DNA of 64,000 nt, taken from positions 2,486 through 66,485 of the forward strand of contig DAOTYF010000020.1 in NCBI GenBank assembly GCA_034434995.1. Reading direction: 5' to 3'. Each line of letters starts with the position of its first letter. Within the stretch, counting starts at the first letter, position 1. The notes beneath the pieces are model-generated. The model saw nothing but the letters and a program-made list of their open reading frames with translations, had not been told where the DNA came from and did not search any database. The stretch comes from Anaerolineae bacterium. Lineage in GTDB: Bacteria; Chloroflexota; Anaerolineae; Aggregatilineales; UBA3940. This document shows, in pieces, positions 62,789-64,000 of this stretch. The position numbers and the translations under genes were made by a program.

Positions 62789-64000
62789 CCCAACTGACTC
62801 ATACGGCGCCTCGTATCCTCGGGATCATCCTGGCGCGTGGAGGCTCCAAGGGTGTGCCGCGCAAGAATATCCGGCCAGTGCTTGGTCAACCCTTGATCGC
62901 CTACACGATCTGCGAAGGGCTTAGAAGCAGCCGAATCACCCGGCTGATTGTCTCATCCGATGATGATGAGGTCCGTGCAATCGCGCAGCGGTACGGCGCG
63001 GAAGCGCCATTTCGCCGCCCGGCTGATCTAGCGACCGATACGGCAACCAGCACCGCTGCCCTCCAACACGCTGTTGCGTGGGCAGAAGAGGACGAAGGGC
63101 AACTCTACGATTTTATTGTCGAGTTGATGGTCACCAATCCGCTCAAAACCGCGCAGGATATTGATGCAGTCATTGAGAAGTTGATCGCTACCAAGGCGGA
63201 GTCGGTCATTGCCGTAGCCAGGCTTGACGATCACCACCCAGCCCGCGCCAAGAAGATCGAGAATGATCGGATCGTGGACTTCTGCGTGCCAGAGACGAGC
63301 AGCCGCCGCCAAGACCTGGAACCTCCTGCCTACGTTCGCAATGGCGCGATCTACGCCATGCGCCGCGATGTGTTAATGGAACTTGGCCTACGGTTTGGCT
63401 CGCCAGATAGCCGCCCCTATATCATGCCACCCGAGCGCAGCGTTAACGTCGACTCTGAGACGGATCTGATCGTCGCTGAGCATTATCTCAAACAGCGCGA
63501 CCTCTCTCACGTGCGTCCGAAGTACGCGATCAGCCTGCGGATGGGGGCATGGTACGAGGACCGCCTGGAGCACTTAGCTGTGCCTGATCACTGGCCTGTA
63601 TGTGTGTACGACATGCAGGGGGCAGCTCCCCTGGATGACCAGGGAATTAGGGATGCGCTTCTCAATCCCATTGGCACGCCGCGCCTGCGCGAACTAGCGC
63701 AGGGGAAGAGTAAAGTCTGCATTGCGGTGGATGATCTGACTCGTAGCACAGAGGCATATCGCATTGTACCCTTCCTGATCGAGGAGTTGCACGCAGCGAA
63801 TATTGCGGACCGGCAGATCTATTTCGTAATCAGCCTGGGCACACACCGACCTTTCACCTATCATGACGCAGTTAAAAAGCTGGGCCGCCAGGTGTATGAG
63901 ACCTATGCGGTTTACAGCCACAATCCGTACCAGAATATCATACGATTGGGCAAGACCTCGAGAGGCACACCTATCACGGTTAACCGCTATTTCTATGAGG
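62785..64000 (+). CDS. Cytidylyltransferase (NeuA/LegF/PseF-like) fused in frame to a LarA-like (DUF2088) domain; 3' end outside window; absent from the ORF track
   Basis: The frame is open from the stop at 62767-62769 to the window end. I translated every codon from 62785 to 64000 and found no stop. The TTG at 62785 overlaps the upstream TGA (TTGA). N-terminal part: ILARGGSKGVPRKNIRPVLGQPLIAYTI, VSSDDDEVRAIAQRYGAEAPFRRPADLATD and VRNGAIYAM. From about 63541: LLNPIGTPRLRELAQGKSKVCIAVDDLTRSTEAYRIVPFLIEEL..FVISLGTHRP, matching the LarA N-terminal domain. Confidence 0.75.
   Translation, partial: MTQLTHTAPRILGIILARGGSKGVPRKNIRPVLGQPLIAYTICEGLRSSRITRLIVSSDDDEVRAIAQRYGAEAPFRRPADLATDTATSTAALQHAVAWAEEDEGQLYDFIVELMVTNPLKTAQDIDAVIEKLIATKAESVIAVARLDDHHPARAKKIENDRIVDFCVPETSSRRQDLEPPAYVRNGAIYAMRRDVLMELGLRFGSPDSRPYIMPPERSVNVDSETDLIVAEHYLKQRDLSHVRPKYAISLRMGAWYEDRLEHLAVPDHWPVCVYDMQGAAPLDDQGIRDALLNPIGTPRLRELAQGKSKVCIAVDDLTRSTEAYRIVPFLIEELHAANIADRQIYFVISLGTHRPFTYHDAVKKLGRQVYETYAVYSHNPYQNIIRLGKTSRGTPITVNRYFYE

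Noticed and set aside
1-64000. Scan for CRISPR arrays, IS elements or transposase genes, integrases, rRNA and tRNA genes, and large direct repeats.
   Set aside because: I saw no regularly spaced direct repeats, transposase or integrase-like ORFs, terminal inverted repeats, or tRNA/rRNA signatures by eye. Absence should be confirmed with tRNAscan-SE, Infernal, ISEScan and a CRISPR finder.

Overview
This is a gene-dense chromosomal window of roughly 60% GC with genes on both strands. I found no rRNA, tRNA, CRISPR array or IS element by eye. The protein signatures, a lipoprotein-type cytochrome c and recurring TTGAC(A/T)-N16-18-TATACT promoters suggest a Chloroflexota-like monoderm, but that is inference only.

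Gene order:
- dnaE 3' end, then tandem ATP- and probable PPi-type phosphofructokinases, an SbcC-like ATPase and a TPR protein.
- A CIRCE-controlled groES-groEL operon.
- selB behind a coiled-coil gene, an acyl-CoA synthetase and ftsH.
- A translationally coupled trio of CoA-transferase beta, thioesterase and Ser/Thr kinase, then an ADP-ribosylglycohydrolase-like gene and holB.
- A respiratory cluster (23.4-32.5 kb): small TM protein, CuA subunit II, B-family-like haem-copper oxidase subunit I that lacks the cross-link Tyr, ctaB, a DsbD_2-like protein, a CcoI-type Cu-ATPase, a cytochrome b-ferredoxin-MvhD fusion and a lipoprotein cytochrome c.
- A ~19-kb IclR-led minus-strand operon (32.5-51.4 kb) with many C-N hydrolases, two aldehyde dehydrogenases, a standalone ArcS-motif protein and a BMP-type ABC importer.
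- A divergent ECF-transporter, aminotransferase and amidohydrolase operon.
- A GH94 cellobiose phosphorylase preceded by two CebR/CelR-type boxes.
- A tandem pair of cytidylyltransferase-like genes. The second runs without a stop into a LarA-like (DUF2088) domain at the window edge.

The most interesting candidates are the cytochrome b-FeS fusion with the Tyr-less oxidase cluster, the cytidylyltransferase-LarA fusion, and the uncharacterised N-heterocycle catabolic island with its ArcS-motif protein. All homology calls come from motif recognition by eye; no searches were run.
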